DNA from: Candidatus Iainarchaeum sp. | Lineage (GTDB): Archaea; Iainarchaeota; Iainarchaeia; Iainarchaeales; 0-14-0-20-30-16 | Direction of reading: 5' to 3' | NCBI GenBank assembly: GCA_028710695.1 | Contig: JAQTTP010000006.1 | Span: forward strand, 22,635-54,634 | Length of the DNA stretch: 32,000 bases | In this document: positions 16,351-24,830 of the stretch, in pieces | Layout of the letters: every line of letters starts with the position of its first letter | Numbering within the stretch: the stretch's first letter is position 1 | The notes under the pieces: generated by a model | Database searches by the model: none | The model's input: only the letters and a program-made list of their open reading frames with translations | What the model was told of the DNA's origin: nothing | Made by a program: the position numbers and the translations under genes

Positions 16351-17193
16351 TTATTTTTTCATTTCTCTTTTTCTAAATTCTTGTCCTAATTCTCTGCCCA
16401 TTTTTGAGAGATAGGCTTTGTACTCTTTTTCTAGCCAGAATTTTATCTTTGGATTGTAATCAGATTCTCTTGCGGTCACGATTTCTGGTTCTGCATCCAT
16501 TGGCCCACTTGTTCTTTTTAGAACCCCCCCTCGTCCAGCATAACCTTTGGAATTTTCAGACCTTTTTGGTTTGCTAAGCCTTGTGGTTGAATTAAAATCT
16601 TCTTCTTGGATATTATGGTATGTTGCATTTGGTAAACCTAGCCTTTGTAGCTCTTGGCCAATTGCATCTATTGTATTTTTGCTTACAATAAGATCTAATA
16701 CAAAAAATCTTGGCTTTTTAATTCTTTTAACAACTTCTGGAATTCTTGCGATTGCAGTAGAACTGGGGATACAAGTGCCTGTTTGGCGTTCAAGTGTAGA
16801 AATGTATAATACTGGGCCCAATCTATACCTTTTTAGTTCTCTATAAACATCAGGAAATGCTTCCACAAGGGCAGTATGAAATAAGTGCCCTGCAATTCTC
16901 ATGGATGTATCTGGGAGCAATATAATTGGTGTTTGGCCTTGTGCAATAGAGCTTTTTGCAGCAGCAAGCAACTCATTTGTGGATTTTTGGATGTACTGCA
17001 AATCTTTTTTTTCATAGATTTTCCGTCGTAAATTTTTTAATCTGTCAGCGGATGTTGATTCGCCGTGTTTTTCAGTTAATTCTATATATCTTCTTGATTT
17101 CCATCTATCTTCTGGACAAGTAGAGTTTTCTTCTAATTTTCTGCGTTTTTCTAGAAGTCCGCGAATAAATGTAGTTGCTCTTTTTAGTACCAT
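16351..17193 (-). CDS. Hypothetical 280-aa protein, possibly a degenerate phosphoribosyltransferase-like fold
   Basis: I place the start at Met71 of the track ORF (MVLKRATTF..., cat at 17191-17193). The longer 350-aa version overlaps rnp3 and encodes junk-like sequence. A PRPP-loop-like string PRFFVLDLIVSKNTIDAIGQEL is present. The function call is weak. Confidence 0.55.
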   Translation of the reverse strand: MVLKRATTFIRGLLEKRRKLEENSTCPEDRWKSRRYIELTEKHGESTSADRLKNLRRKIYEKKDLQYIQKSTNELLAAAKSSIAQGQTPIILLPDTSMRIAGHLFHTALVEAFPDVYRELKRYRLGPVLYISTLERQTGTCIPSSTAIARIPEVVKRIKKPRFFVLDLIVSKNTIDAIGQELQRLGLPNATYHNIQEEDFNSTTRLSKPKRSENSKGYAGRGGVLKRTSGPMDAEPEIVTARESDYNPKIKFWLEKEYKAYLSKMGRELGQEFRKREMKK

Positions 17194-17248
17194 ATAAGAA
17201 ATAATAACTTTACTAAAGAATAAAAGCTTTCGGGTTGTTAGTTTTATT

Positions 17249-17803
17249 ATGATTTTTGATTTTATTGGCTCTGAACTCAAGGGCAAGCTTGGCAAGGAAA
17301 AGGAAAGCCAAACTATTTTTCTTTCAGGCATATATTCTAAAGAAATGAATAATAAAAAACACTGTCTTGTTGTAGATGTTTCTAAGAATAAGAATGAATT
17401 CAAAAGAACAGGAAATTATGGGTGCTATGTTGGGGCCAAAGTTGGATCTCTAAAAGATGTGTTCTTTTGTTTGGATAAAAAATTAGATTTTATAATAAAT
17501 CCTTTTAACTATAAAACAAAATTCTTTGATAATTCTACAATAACTGTTATGAAGCAAAGAAATTTGTTTCCATTGATTTTCTTGGATGAATATCTTGAGT
17601 TGAGCAAAGGCCAACAAATTGGATTTTTGAAAAATGCTTTTTTGCTTGTGGATCTTGCAAAAAAACAATCAATACCTGTGCTTATTGCCTCTGGCGCAAA
17701 TGAGCCTTGGCAAGTAATTTATAATAATGAATTTTTGTATCCTTTATTTAATATAAAAATAGAACAAGCAAATAATTTTTTTAATATTTTAGAAAGAAAG
17801 TGA
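17249..17803 (+). CDS. rnp3: RNase P protein component 3 (Rpp30 family)
   Basis: MIFDFI start, FIINPF, an IPVLIASGANEPWQV block (the SGA motif of Rpp30 TIM-barrel proteins), and position immediately upstream of Pop5. Confidence 0.7.
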   Translation: MIFDFIGSELKGKLGKEKESQTIFLSGIYSKEMNNKKHCLVVDVSKNKNEFKRTGNYGCYVGAKVGSLKDVFFCLDKKLDFIINPFNYKTKFFDNSTITVMKQRNLFPLIFLDEYLELSKGQQIGFLKNAFLLVDLAKKQSIPVLIASGANEPWQVIYNNEFLYPLFNIKIEQANNFFNILERK

Positions 17804-17823
17804 ATTTCTGAATTGGTGATACT

Positions 17824-18162
17824 ATGAAGAGAAAATTGAATCCCTTGCCATTGTCTTTGAGAGAAAAGAAAAGATATCTTTTATTTTCTATGAATAAAGT
17901 AGAAAATTTTGAAAACATAATTAATAGTTATGTGCGGTCTTTTTTTGGAACTTATTTTATGGCACAAATGGAATTCAGGATTTTGAAGAGTAAAGAGAAA
18001 AAAAAGAGAATTTATTTTGTTGTAAAAGCATCTAGAGATGAATTTGAAAAAATAATTGCTGCTTTGGAATTATTTAAAAAATCAAATGAAATTATGTTGG
18101 ACATAAAGTTAGAAAAAGTTAGTGGAACAATAAAGACAATAAATGAAATCTTGGAGGAGTAA
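17824..18162 (+). CDS. rnp2: RNase P protein component 2 (Pop5 family)
   Basis: PLPLSLREKKRYLLF near the N-terminus and KVSGTIKTI near the C-terminus match archaeal Pop5 signatures (LPPTLRxKxRYIxF ... VSGTIK). Confidence 0.85.
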   Translation: MKRKLNPLPLSLREKKRYLLFSMNKVENFENIINSYVRSFFGTYFMAQMEFRILKSKEKKKRIYFVVKASRDEFEKIIAALELFKKSNEIMLDIKLEKVSGTIKTINEILEE

Positions 18163-18163
18163 A

Positions 18164-18958
18164 ATGATCCAAAGAAAGAAAGTTGGGCTTGCATTAGGTG
18201 GTGGAGGCTCAAAAGGATTTGCACATATTGGTGTCTTGCAAGTTTTTGAAGAAGAAGGCATTCCAGTAGATTATATTTGTGGAACTTCTATTGGATCTTT
18301 AATTGGTGGCCATTATTCTTTGTATAAAGATATAGATCATCTAAAATCTGATGCCTTTTCGTTTTTGAAAGAAAATGATTTAGACTTATTTAGTTTGTTA
18401 AAACCTGGATATGAGAAAACACTAAAAAATTTACAGTTCTTTTTAGAATCTGTATATAGGGATCATAGGTTTTCTGACACAAAAACCCCTTTTTCTTGTA
18501 CTGCAGTGAATATAGAAAATGGTGCTTTATTAGATATCGATGACGGAAGACTTATTGATGCAATTTTTGCAAGTATGAGTATTCCAGGTCTGTTTCCTGC
18601 AAGATTTTTTTGGGGTTCTTGGCTAGTTGATGGCGGGGTACTAAATAATTTGCCAGTAGATATTGTTGCAAAAAAAGGTTATGATGTTGTTATAGGCTGC
18701 GATCTAGGGGACATTGAAGCTCTAAAACAAATAGAGGCAAAACCAACAAGAATAGATGCTTTGAAAAGGTCATTTATTATCATGTCTGATGATTTGACAG
18801 CAAGAATAAAAAAATCAGTTCCAAATGCAATAATAATAAATCCAAAAATAGTTGTTTCAACACTGAGATTTGATTATGCTTTGTCTAAAAAACAAATTGT
18901 TGAGGGCGAAAAATCAGCAAGAGCAAAAATAGATGAAATTAAGAAGAGGCTAAAGTGA
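18164..18958 (+). CDS. Patatin-like phospholipase
   Basis: Oxyanion/Gly-rich loop GLALGGGGSKGFAHIGV, nucleophile elbow GTSIGSLIGG (GxSxG), and catalytic Asp motif LVDGGVLNNLP. ATG 18164 is preceded by GGAGGAG (18153-18159) and lies 1 nt after the rnp2 stop. Confidence 0.88.
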   Translation: MIQRKKVGLALGGGGSKGFAHIGVLQVFEEEGIPVDYICGTSIGSLIGGHYSLYKDIDHLKSDAFSFLKENDLDLFSLLKPGYEKTLKNLQFFLESVYRDHRFSDTKTPFSCTAVNIENGALLDIDDGRLIDAIFASMSIPGLFPARFFWGSWLVDGGVLNNLPVDIVAKKGYDVVIGCDLGDIEALKQIEAKPTRIDALKRSFIIMSDDLTARIKKSVPNAIIINPKIVVSTLRFDYALSKKQIVEGEKSARAKIDEIKKRLK

Positions 18959-19515
18959 TTCTTTTGCAGAAAAAACAAAACATTTTTGAGAAGGTAAGGC
19001 ACTATGCACATAACAAAGGCAAAAATAAAAAGTCATTAACTATTTTTTCAAAGATATTTGTATTTTTAATCTCATTTTTGTTTGCATTTTTAATTCTATA
19101 TCTTATTTTTGAATACTTTAACTTATACTATTATGTTTCTTTGTTTTTTTCTTACCTAGTTTACAATTTTTTCAGTTCGAGCTTTCAAAATATTACAATG
19201 ATTGGAACAACAGTAGACTTTTCTACTTTCCAAATTAATATAACTGATGTTTGTTCTGGAGCTTATGAATTAATTGTATTTATTTCTTTGATATTTGCTT
19301 GCTTTGAAATTAAGTTGTGGAAAAGGGCAGTAGGAATTTTAACATACCTTCTGGTGTTTGTAATTTTTAATTTGGTAAGAATGATAATAGTAATTTATTC
19401 TCTGGGGATTTTTGATTTGATGTCAGTAGATATCTTACACACAGTTTTATTCAAATTTGGATTTTGGATATTTACATTATTGTTCTTTGTATACTTTTTG
19501 ATTTTTGCAGAATAA
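18955..19515 (+). CDS. Minimal (186-aa) exosortase/archaeosortase-family transpeptidase
   Basis: Polytopic membrane protein with INITDVCSGAYELIVF (Cys100, tgt 19252-19254), FNLVRMIIV (the N-x-x-R motif, Arg142, aga 19378-19380) and DILHTVLFKFG (His162, cac 19438-19440). These are the Cys/Arg/His triad context of the exosortase/archaeosortase family. The GTG start overlaps the patatin stop (GTGA). Confidence 0.72.
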   Translation: MILLQKKQNIFEKVRHYAHNKGKNKKSLTIFSKIFVFLISFLFAFLILYLIFEYFNLYYYVSLFFSYLVYNFFSSSFQNITMIGTTVDFSTFQINITDVCSGAYELIVFISLIFACFEIKLWKRAVGILTYLLVFVIFNLVRMIIVIYSLGIFDLMSVDILHTVLFKFGFWIFTLLFFVYFLIFAE

Positions 19516-19632
19516 ATCTATAAGAGCCAAATTTCTGTACACTATCTTTAAGCGGAATTAACAATTTGGCAAGCCCTTATCATTTTTTGTATACTTGAAA
19601 TCTGACTACTGCTGTTCTTTTCCCTATTTGCA

Positions 19633-20160
19633 TTAAGCCAACCAGATTCCTATTTGGAATACTGCAACAATTAAAACTATCTTTAGAAGTTGATATTTAT
19701 TGAAAATTAGCATAAGAAAAGTGAATAATTTTAAAGGAATTACAAAGATTGTATTTATAAGAAATAAAGGAATTTGCATAAGGAAATGTTTCTGGGCAAT
19801 ACCTTTGTAGATTGAAACTATTTTTGCGTCTACATTTTGGATATCTTTTTTACTTGGGACAGATTGGAAAATAATTGTTACTGCAAGCCACAAAATTATT
19901 ACAAAAAAATAAAACTCTGGGCGAAATTTCACTGCGTACCAAATTCCAAGTGTGGCAATTATGTTACTAAAAAGAAAAGGGGCAATAGCAATGATTATTG
20001 TTTTCCAATCGTGTACATCATGGTGTTGTACATATGATTCTTTTAATCCAAATTTTACTTTTGTTACTTTTACACCTAATAACATACAGGCAAGAAAGTG
20101 TGTGAACTCATGAATTATTACTCCTGGATAAAATAATAATTCTAAGAACATTTTTACCAC
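19633..20160 (-). CDS. Membrane-embedded HExxH protein (M50B-like/DUF3267-like putative metalloprotease)
   Basis: PGVIIHEFTHFLACMLLGVKVTKVKFG at the N-terminus, followed by 4-5 hydrophobic helices. The GTG start (or ATG 20151) abuts the bud32 stop. Confidence 0.55.
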   Translation of the reverse strand: MVKMFLELLFYPGVIIHEFTHFLACMLLGVKVTKVKFGLKESYVQHHDVHDWKTIIIAIAPFLFSNIIATLGIWYAVKFRPEFYFFVIILWLAVTIIFQSVPSKKDIQNVDAKIVSIYKGIAQKHFLMQIPLFLINTIFVIPLKLFTFLMLIFNKYQLLKIVLIVAVFQIGIWLA

Positions 20161-20736
20161 TTAGCCTTGATAACGTTTTCTTTTTTCAATTTCATTAATT
20201 TTGTTTTCTATTTCGTGCTTTGTGTTTTTTAAATATCCCTCAAGAATATAGTTCCAAGTTTTTTCTGAAAAATCAGCAAGAATTGTACCTTTTAGCACAG
20301 TTAAATCTGTTGCATAATCTTCTAATTTTGAAGAAATGCTTGAAAGTCCGAAGTCTAAAAATATTGGTCTTTTGTCTCCAAAGAAAATATTTTGTGCAGT
20401 TAGATCTCCGTGGATTATATTGTTGTTGTGGAGTTTTGCAATTTCTTTTCCAACTAAAATAAGTTTTTCTTTGTCTTTGGAATATTTTCTTAAAGGTTCT
20501 CCTTTAATGTAAGATAAATGTAAAGTGTAATTTTCCAAGTCTTCTTTTAGTACTTCTGGGCAAGCAATCCCTGCTTTTAAAACTTTTTTTAATATGCTTG
20601 CTTCTGCTTTGGTTCTTTGTTTTAAAATTTTGTCATTAAGTTTTGGGTTTCGATATTTTTTTACAATTCGTTGTTTGATAATTATGCCCTTGTCTAAGAA
20701 TACTTTTGCTTCGGCACCTTCATAAATTAGCTTCAT
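20161..20736 (-). CDS. bud32: Bud32/PRPK-type KEOPS kinase
   Basis: The protein starts MKLIYEGAEAKVF. The catalytic Lys context is IIKQRIVKKYR. Also present are LNDKILKQRTKAEASILKK, IIHGDLTAQNIFF (D-x4-N) and IFLDFGLS (DFG). The 191-aa length is typical of the minimal Bud32 kinase. Confidence 0.88.
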   Translation of the reverse strand: MKLIYEGAEAKVFLDKGIIIKQRIVKKYRNPKLNDKILKQRTKAEASILKKVLKAGIACPEVLKEDLENYTLHLSYIKGEPLRKYSKDKEKLILVGKEIAKLHNNNIIHGDLTAQNIFFGDKRPIFLDFGLSSISSKLEDYATDLTVLKGTILADFSEKTWNYILEGYLKNTKHEIENKINEIEKRKRYQG

Positions 20737-20741
20737 ACTAA

Positions 20742-21245
20742 TTAGTCAGGGCATAAAATATATAAAATGTCGTTGTGATTAATTAAGTCGTTTTCTAGGT
20801 TTTCAATAGGCTCTTGCATAAGTTCGTAATAGTTTTTTAGGTTTTCTTTATTTGCTTCTAAATCTGCCTTTAAAGCCTTTAGTTTTAGTTTTCCATTATC
20901 AGTTAGAGTTTTTAGTTGTTGTGCTTCTGTTCCACAACTAATTGTTGCCAGATTTGGTGTGTCTGCAATGTATTTCATTGTATTTTTATTAACTAAATAG
21001 TACTCCCAATATCCGGTCTCAATATCTATTGCTTTTGAGATTTCGTCACTTTTGGAACCTTGTTCTTTTAGTAAATATGCTTTATATTCATTAATTTGGG
21101 TCTCATTTGCATAGTCTGTTATGTTAAATTTTTCTCTGCTTTTTTCAATAAAATGGGCTGAATCGGCCATAAAATTTGCATAATAGAAGTATCCACCAAC
21201 AATTATGGCAATAATAATTACTAAAATAAGGATCTTTTTCCCCAT
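20742..21245 (-). CDS. N-terminally anchored hypothetical protein (167 aa)
   Basis: Start chosen at MGKKILILVIIIAIIVGGYFYYANF (cat 21243-21245). A helical ectodomain with 2 Cys follows. It lies 5 nt upstream of bud32 on the same strand. Confidence 0.6.
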   Translation of the reverse strand: MGKKILILVIIIAIIVGGYFYYANFMADSAHFIEKSREKFNITDYANETQINEYKAYLLKEQGSKSDEISKAIDIETGYWEYYLVNKNTMKYIADTPNLATISCGTEAQQLKTLTDNGKLKLKALKADLEANKENLKNYYELMQEPIENLENDLINHNDILYILCPD

Positions 21246-21366
21246 AGGACTCACTAAGAAATATATTGCGGTAGAATATATAAACATTACTATATAATAT
21301 AGTATTAAAAGACTCTAATTTTTTTAGATTCTATTTTGAATTTCAAAAAGGAGGATGGTGAGAGTC

Positions 21367-21822
21367 ATGGCAAGAATGCACTCAAAATCAAAAGGAAAAT
21401 CAGGCTCAACCAAACCCGACGTAAAAGACAAACCAGATTGGGTAAAGTTGAAGCCGAAAGAAGTAGAAGATTTAGTTGTATCATTCGCGAAGGAAGGAAT
21501 GTCACCTTCAGTAATAGGTATAACTCTAAGGGATCAATATGGAGTCCCTGCGGCAGATTTGGTTGCTGGAAAGACAATAACACAAATTTTAAAGGATAAT
21601 AAGTTGAAACCTGAGCTTCCAGAAGATCTAGGAAACCTGATTAGATCAGCAGTTAAGCTTTTGAAGCACTTAGAGCTAAACAAAAAGGATAGAACTGCAA
21701 AAAGGGGCTATCAGTTAACTGTTTCTAAGATTAGAAGATTAGCAATTTATTATAAAGGAAAGAAATTGTTGCCAATGGATTGGAAATATAGTGATGAAAA
21801 GGCAGCATTGTTGGTTAGGTGA
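21367..21822 (+). CDS. rps15: 30S ribosomal protein S15 (uS15, S13e-type)
   Basis: MARMHSKSKGKSGSTKP N-terminus, a DRTAKRGYQLTVSKIRRLAIYYK block, and GGAGG at 21350-21354. Confidence 0.92.
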   Translation: MARMHSKSKGKSGSTKPDVKDKPDWVKLKPKEVEDLVVSFAKEGMSPSVIGITLRDQYGVPAADLVAGKTITQILKDNKLKPELPEDLGNLIRSAVKLLKHLELNKKDRTAKRGYQLTVSKIRRLAIYYKGKKLLPMDWKYSDEKAALLVR

Positions 21823-21827
21823 TAGTT

Positions 21828-22421
21828 ATGGCTGCTACTAGTAAACAACAAAGAGTTGTGGTTGATAAGTGGAAGAAAAAAAAGGAATACACAATTATGG
21901 CGCCAAAATTAGTTGGTAATGTTGAAATTGGCCATACAGTATCCGATAAAGATGAAAAAGTAATTGGAAGAGTTACTAAGGCAAACTTAGGACAGCTTAC
22001 AAACCAGTTCCAGAAGAAAAAGTATGATGTTTACTTTAGAGTAAATAACGTACAAGCTTCAAATGCATATACAGAAATGTTTGCATTGGAAATGAAAGGA
22101 AACTTTTCAAGAAGACTTATTGGAAGACGATGCAATAAGTTGGATATGGTTCAATTCTTAGATACCAAAGATGGCCAGAGATTAAAAGTAAAGTCTTTGT
22201 GTGTTACAAGAAGAAAAATCGAAAAAGTAAAAGAAAGAGATATTTCCAGAGAATTAAGAAAGCAAATCGGAATGATTGTTTCAAAAAACAGTAGTGACGA
22301 TGTGTTTGACTTAGTTATGAACAAAGACGTAGAAAAAGACCTTATTTCAAAGGTAAAAAATATTGCAGAAATAAGAGGTTGTGCAATATTGCTTTTGAAG
22401 AAGGTAAACAAAAAGAAGTAG
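21828..22421 (+). CDS. rps3ae: 30S ribosomal protein S3Ae (eS1)
   Basis: VVDKWKKKKEYTIMAPKLVG... is typical of S3Ae. ATG 21828 is preceded by AGGTGAT (21817-21823), which overlaps the rps15 stop. Confidence 0.9.
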   Translation: MAATSKQQRVVVDKWKKKKEYTIMAPKLVGNVEIGHTVSDKDEKVIGRVTKANLGQLTNQFQKKKYDVYFRVNNVQASNAYTEMFALEMKGNFSRRLIGRRCNKLDMVQFLDTKDGQRLKVKSLCVTRRKIEKVKERDISRELRKQIGMIVSKNSSDDVFDLVMNKDVEKDLISKVKNIAEIRGCAILLLKKVNKKK

Positions 22422-22426
22422 TAAGT

Positions 22427-22455
22427 AAATCCCGTTTTTGGGATTTCTTTTTTTA
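22427..22455 (+). terminator. 7-bp hairpin plus T-tract after rps3ae
   Basis: AAATCCC-gttttt-GGGATTT, followed by ctttttttattt. Confidence 0.55.
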
Positions 22456-22475
22456 TTTATTTATGAGGTGGTTCT

Positions 22476-22742
22476 ATGGCTCCAGAAACTAATGAAATTG
22501 TGGATATTTTAAATATGCTGCTTTCGGACTACTCAATTCCGAGAAACATAAAAAGTGTTTTAGAAGATACAAAAAAAGTTGTTGAAGGCAAAGAACTAGA
22601 AATCGTTGCTCTTTCTGATGCGGTTTACAAGTTGCAAGATGTTTGTGAAGACATAAACTTGCCTATTTCTGTGAAACCAGATTTGTGGATGCTTTTAAGT
22701 AAACTTGAAGGCCTAAAAGAAATAAAGAAAAAGAAGAAGTAA
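22476..22742 (+). CDS. UPF0147-family small helical protein
   Basis: LLSDYSIPRNIKSVLED...DINLPISVKPDLWMLLSKLEG matches the UPF0147 pattern (D.SVPRNIR ... DPNMP...R..IW...S.LE). GAGGTGG Shine-Dalgarno at 22463-22469. Confidence 0.75.
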   Translation: MAPETNEIVDILNMLLSDYSIPRNIKSVLEDTKKVVEGKELEIVALSDAVYKLQDVCEDINLPISVKPDLWMLLSKLEGLKEIKKKKK

Positions 22743-22812
22743 ATTTTTTTATCTTATTTTTATTTATCTAATTATTCGTAATTAATATATACCTGGTTTG
22801 TCTCTTTCTATA

Positions 22813-24069
22813 ATGCATAATGGATATCTTTTGCCAAACCAATATGTTGACCAAGTAATTAATGGTAGAGATTATTGTGCTGAATTTTTGAAAGTCCCTG
22901 TTGAATTAAGGGGTGTTGTATTTCTATATCTCCCCCAAACAATCCAAAAACAAGTATTAAAGAAAATATCTGATGAAAAGCTAGTTGATTTGTTAAGATA
23001 TCCTGATCCTGATGATATTACTGATATAATTCAAGGGTTATCTTTTTTTAGACGTAAAAAAATACTTTCAGAATTAGAAGGTGGTATGGCAAAAAAAGTA
23101 GCGGACCTTTTAGCATATCCTTCTGACACAGCAATAAGATTAACAAATTTAGACTATGTATTAGTGGATTTGGGAATTAAATTTAAAGATGTTTTAAATG
23201 TTGTTGAAAAACACAAAAAGAAAACTGGAAAAGACCCGGTGGTTTTAGCTCAAAAAGATGGAATTTTTGTTGGAGAGATTCCAGTTTCAGCATTTATCCG
23301 CAGTAATCTTGATGACATCATAGATAAATATGTTGTAAAAGTGCCAACAATTTTTTATCATGAAAAACAATCAAAAATAATAAAATTATTTGAGCACAAC
23401 AAGCACAATAAGATAATTGTTTTAGATAAAGGCAAAGCAATTATCGGAATCATTTATTCTGACGATGTTTTTAGACTAATGAAAAAGCAAAGAGCAAGAG
23501 ATTTGTATGGCTTTGCAGGATTGAAGCAAGAAGAAGATATTTTTGATAAATTTTATATAAAAATAAAAAATAGAGCAACATGGCTGGTGCTTAATTTATT
23601 TACTGCTTTCCTTGCTTCTCTTGTTGTGGCATTATTTAAAGATGTGATATCTGCAGTTGTTGTTCTTGCTGCTTATATGCCTATTGTTGCGGGTATGGGC
23701 GGAAATGCGGGAACGCAGACTCTTGCTGTAACAGTTAGGGGGCTTGTTTTACATAATATAGAAAAAAGAGCTTTTTTCAGAATTTATTTTAACGAACTTT
23801 TGGCAGCATTTTTTAATGGACTGATAGTTGGTATTGTTGCAATTGTATTGGCTTATTTATTGGGGGCAAGCCTTGTCTTTAGCCTTATTGTGGCAGTATC
23901 GGTGTTATTGAATTTAATGGTTGCAGTTAGCGCAGGCTTCTTTGTACCTCTGTTTCTTAAACGCATTGGAAAAGATCCTGCAACAGGGTCAAGTGTTCTT
24001 ATTACTACTGCAACAGATGTCTGTGGATTCTTTATATTCTTGGGATTAGCAAGTATAATTTTCTTGTGA
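22813..24069 (+). CDS. mgtE: Magnesium transporter MgtE
   Basis: MPIVAGMGGNAGTQTLAVTVRGL, TM helices, a CBS-like middle region, and C-terminal DPATGSSVLITTATDVCGFFIFLG. ATG 22813 is preferred over TTG 22798 because TTAATATATA (about 22781-22792) lies roughly 25 nt upstream. The start is uncertain. Confidence 0.88.
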   Translation: MHNGYLLPNQYVDQVINGRDYCAEFLKVPVELRGVVFLYLPQTIQKQVLKKISDEKLVDLLRYPDPDDITDIIQGLSFFRRKKILSELEGGMAKKVADLLAYPSDTAIRLTNLDYVLVDLGIKFKDVLNVVEKHKKKTGKDPVVLAQKDGIFVGEIPVSAFIRSNLDDIIDKYVVKVPTIFYHEKQSKIIKLFEHNKHNKIIVLDKGKAIIGIIYSDDVFRLMKKQRARDLYGFAGLKQEEDIFDKFYIKIKNRATWLVLNLFTAFLASLVVALFKDVISAVVVLAAYMPIVAGMGGNAGTQTLAVTVRGLVLHNIEKRAFFRIYFNELLAAFFNGLIVGIVAIVLAYLLGASLVFSLIVAVSVLLNLMVAVSAGFFVPLFLKRIGKDPATGSSVLITTATDVCGFFIFLGLASIIFL

Positions 24070-24075
24070 TTTACT

Positions 24076-24828
24076 ATGTTTGGTAATTTTTTTCGTAAAA
24101 GACCAGAAATGAAGACTGCAAAAGATGTAAAAAGAATTACTTTTGCTGAAAGAGTTATTCCTGGACAAGAACACATTCCTAAGAAAGAAAGATCAACAGA
24201 ATTTATTGAATTTGGCGGGGGAGATTTTGGATCTATTGCCGTAGGAAGAGTTAAATTTAATGATGGTACAGAAAAACGAGTTGCCATAAAATTTTTTCAT
24301 AAAGACAGAGTAGTTTCTGATGCAATGGCTAAACAATATAGAGAAGTTATGGCTGACTTTAAATCTGCGGGAGTTAGAATTCCAAAAATGGATATGGTTA
24401 AACTTCCTACTGGCGAGTGGGTACAAGTTTCAGCTCTTTTTGGATCTTCAGGAAAAGGTAGTAAATTTAAATCAAATTTACAATGGTCTATATATCATGC
24501 AATTGAAGCTGGAGAAGCAGCAGTATTGAATTATTTTGAACAATGTGTTTTGATTGCAAATGCAGGCTATAAGCCTTATGTTGATGCGTTTTTTGTTAAC
24601 CCCAAAACGAAACAAGTTTATGTTGGAGATCTAGATCTTTTTGCAAGATTTGGAAAATCGTCGACAAATAATATTATTCGTGACTTATATTCACAACAAA
24701 GCCTTCTTCTGCGTGTAACTACAGTGAATAAACTTTTAGAAGTCTTTAGAAAAAGAGCGAATTTTGGGCTACGAAGACATGAAAAAAAGATATTTGGAAC
24801 ATTATTAAATGTTGTTGCAAAGAAATAA
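24076..24828 (+). CDS. Minimal atypical protein-kinase-like protein (250 aa), family not recognised
   Basis: FGGGDFGSIAVG (GxGxxG, residues 47-52), RVAIKFF (VAIK Lys72), YREVMADF (Glu90), YVDAFFVN (D170-x4-N175) and VGDLDLF (D185/D187). The spacings match the canonical ePK core. The gene starts 6 nt after the mgtE stop. Confidence 0.6.
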   Translation: MFGNFFRKRPEMKTAKDVKRITFAERVIPGQEHIPKKERSTEFIEFGGGDFGSIAVGRVKFNDGTEKRVAIKFFHKDRVVSDAMAKQYREVMADFKSAGVRIPKMDMVKLPTGEWVQVSALFGSSGKGSKFKSNLQWSIYHAIEAGEAAVLNYFEQCVLIANAGYKPYVDAFFVNPKTKQVYVGDLDLFARFGKSSTNNIIRDLYSQQSLLLRVTTVNKLLEVFRKRANFGLRRHEKKIFGTLLNVVAKK

Positions 24829-24830
24829 TT

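Noticed and set aside
17194-17403. The N-terminal 70 codons of track ORF 16351-17403 (MNSFLFLETSTTRQCFLLF...), the antisense ORF 16547-16846, and 17483-17668 / 18012-18224.
   Set aside because: The extension overlaps the rnp3 coding start on the opposite strand and reads as junk, so Met71 (17193) gives a clean divergent arrangement. The other ORFs are antisense to the 16351-17193 gene (16547-16846), rnp3 (17483-17668) and rnp2 plus the patatin 5' end (18012-18224).
19580-19633. 17-aa minus-strand ORF (MQIGKRTAVVRFQVYKK) whose ATG overlaps the HExxH gene stop (TAATG).
   Set aside because: It is too short, has no recognisable motif and no RBS beyond the overlap, and probably occurs by chance in the convergent intergenic gap.
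19837-20462. Plus-strand ORFs 19837-20037 and 20220-20462.
   Set aside because: They are antisense to the HExxH membrane protein and bud32 genes, with no independent signals.
21336-21599. Alternative-frame ORF 21336-21599 (+) and antisense ORF 21365-21583 overlapping rps15; also 22151-22411 antisense to rps3ae.
   Set aside because: The rps15 and rps3ae frames carry the canonical ribosomal protein sequences. The overlapping frames are R/K-rich or L/S-rich by-products.
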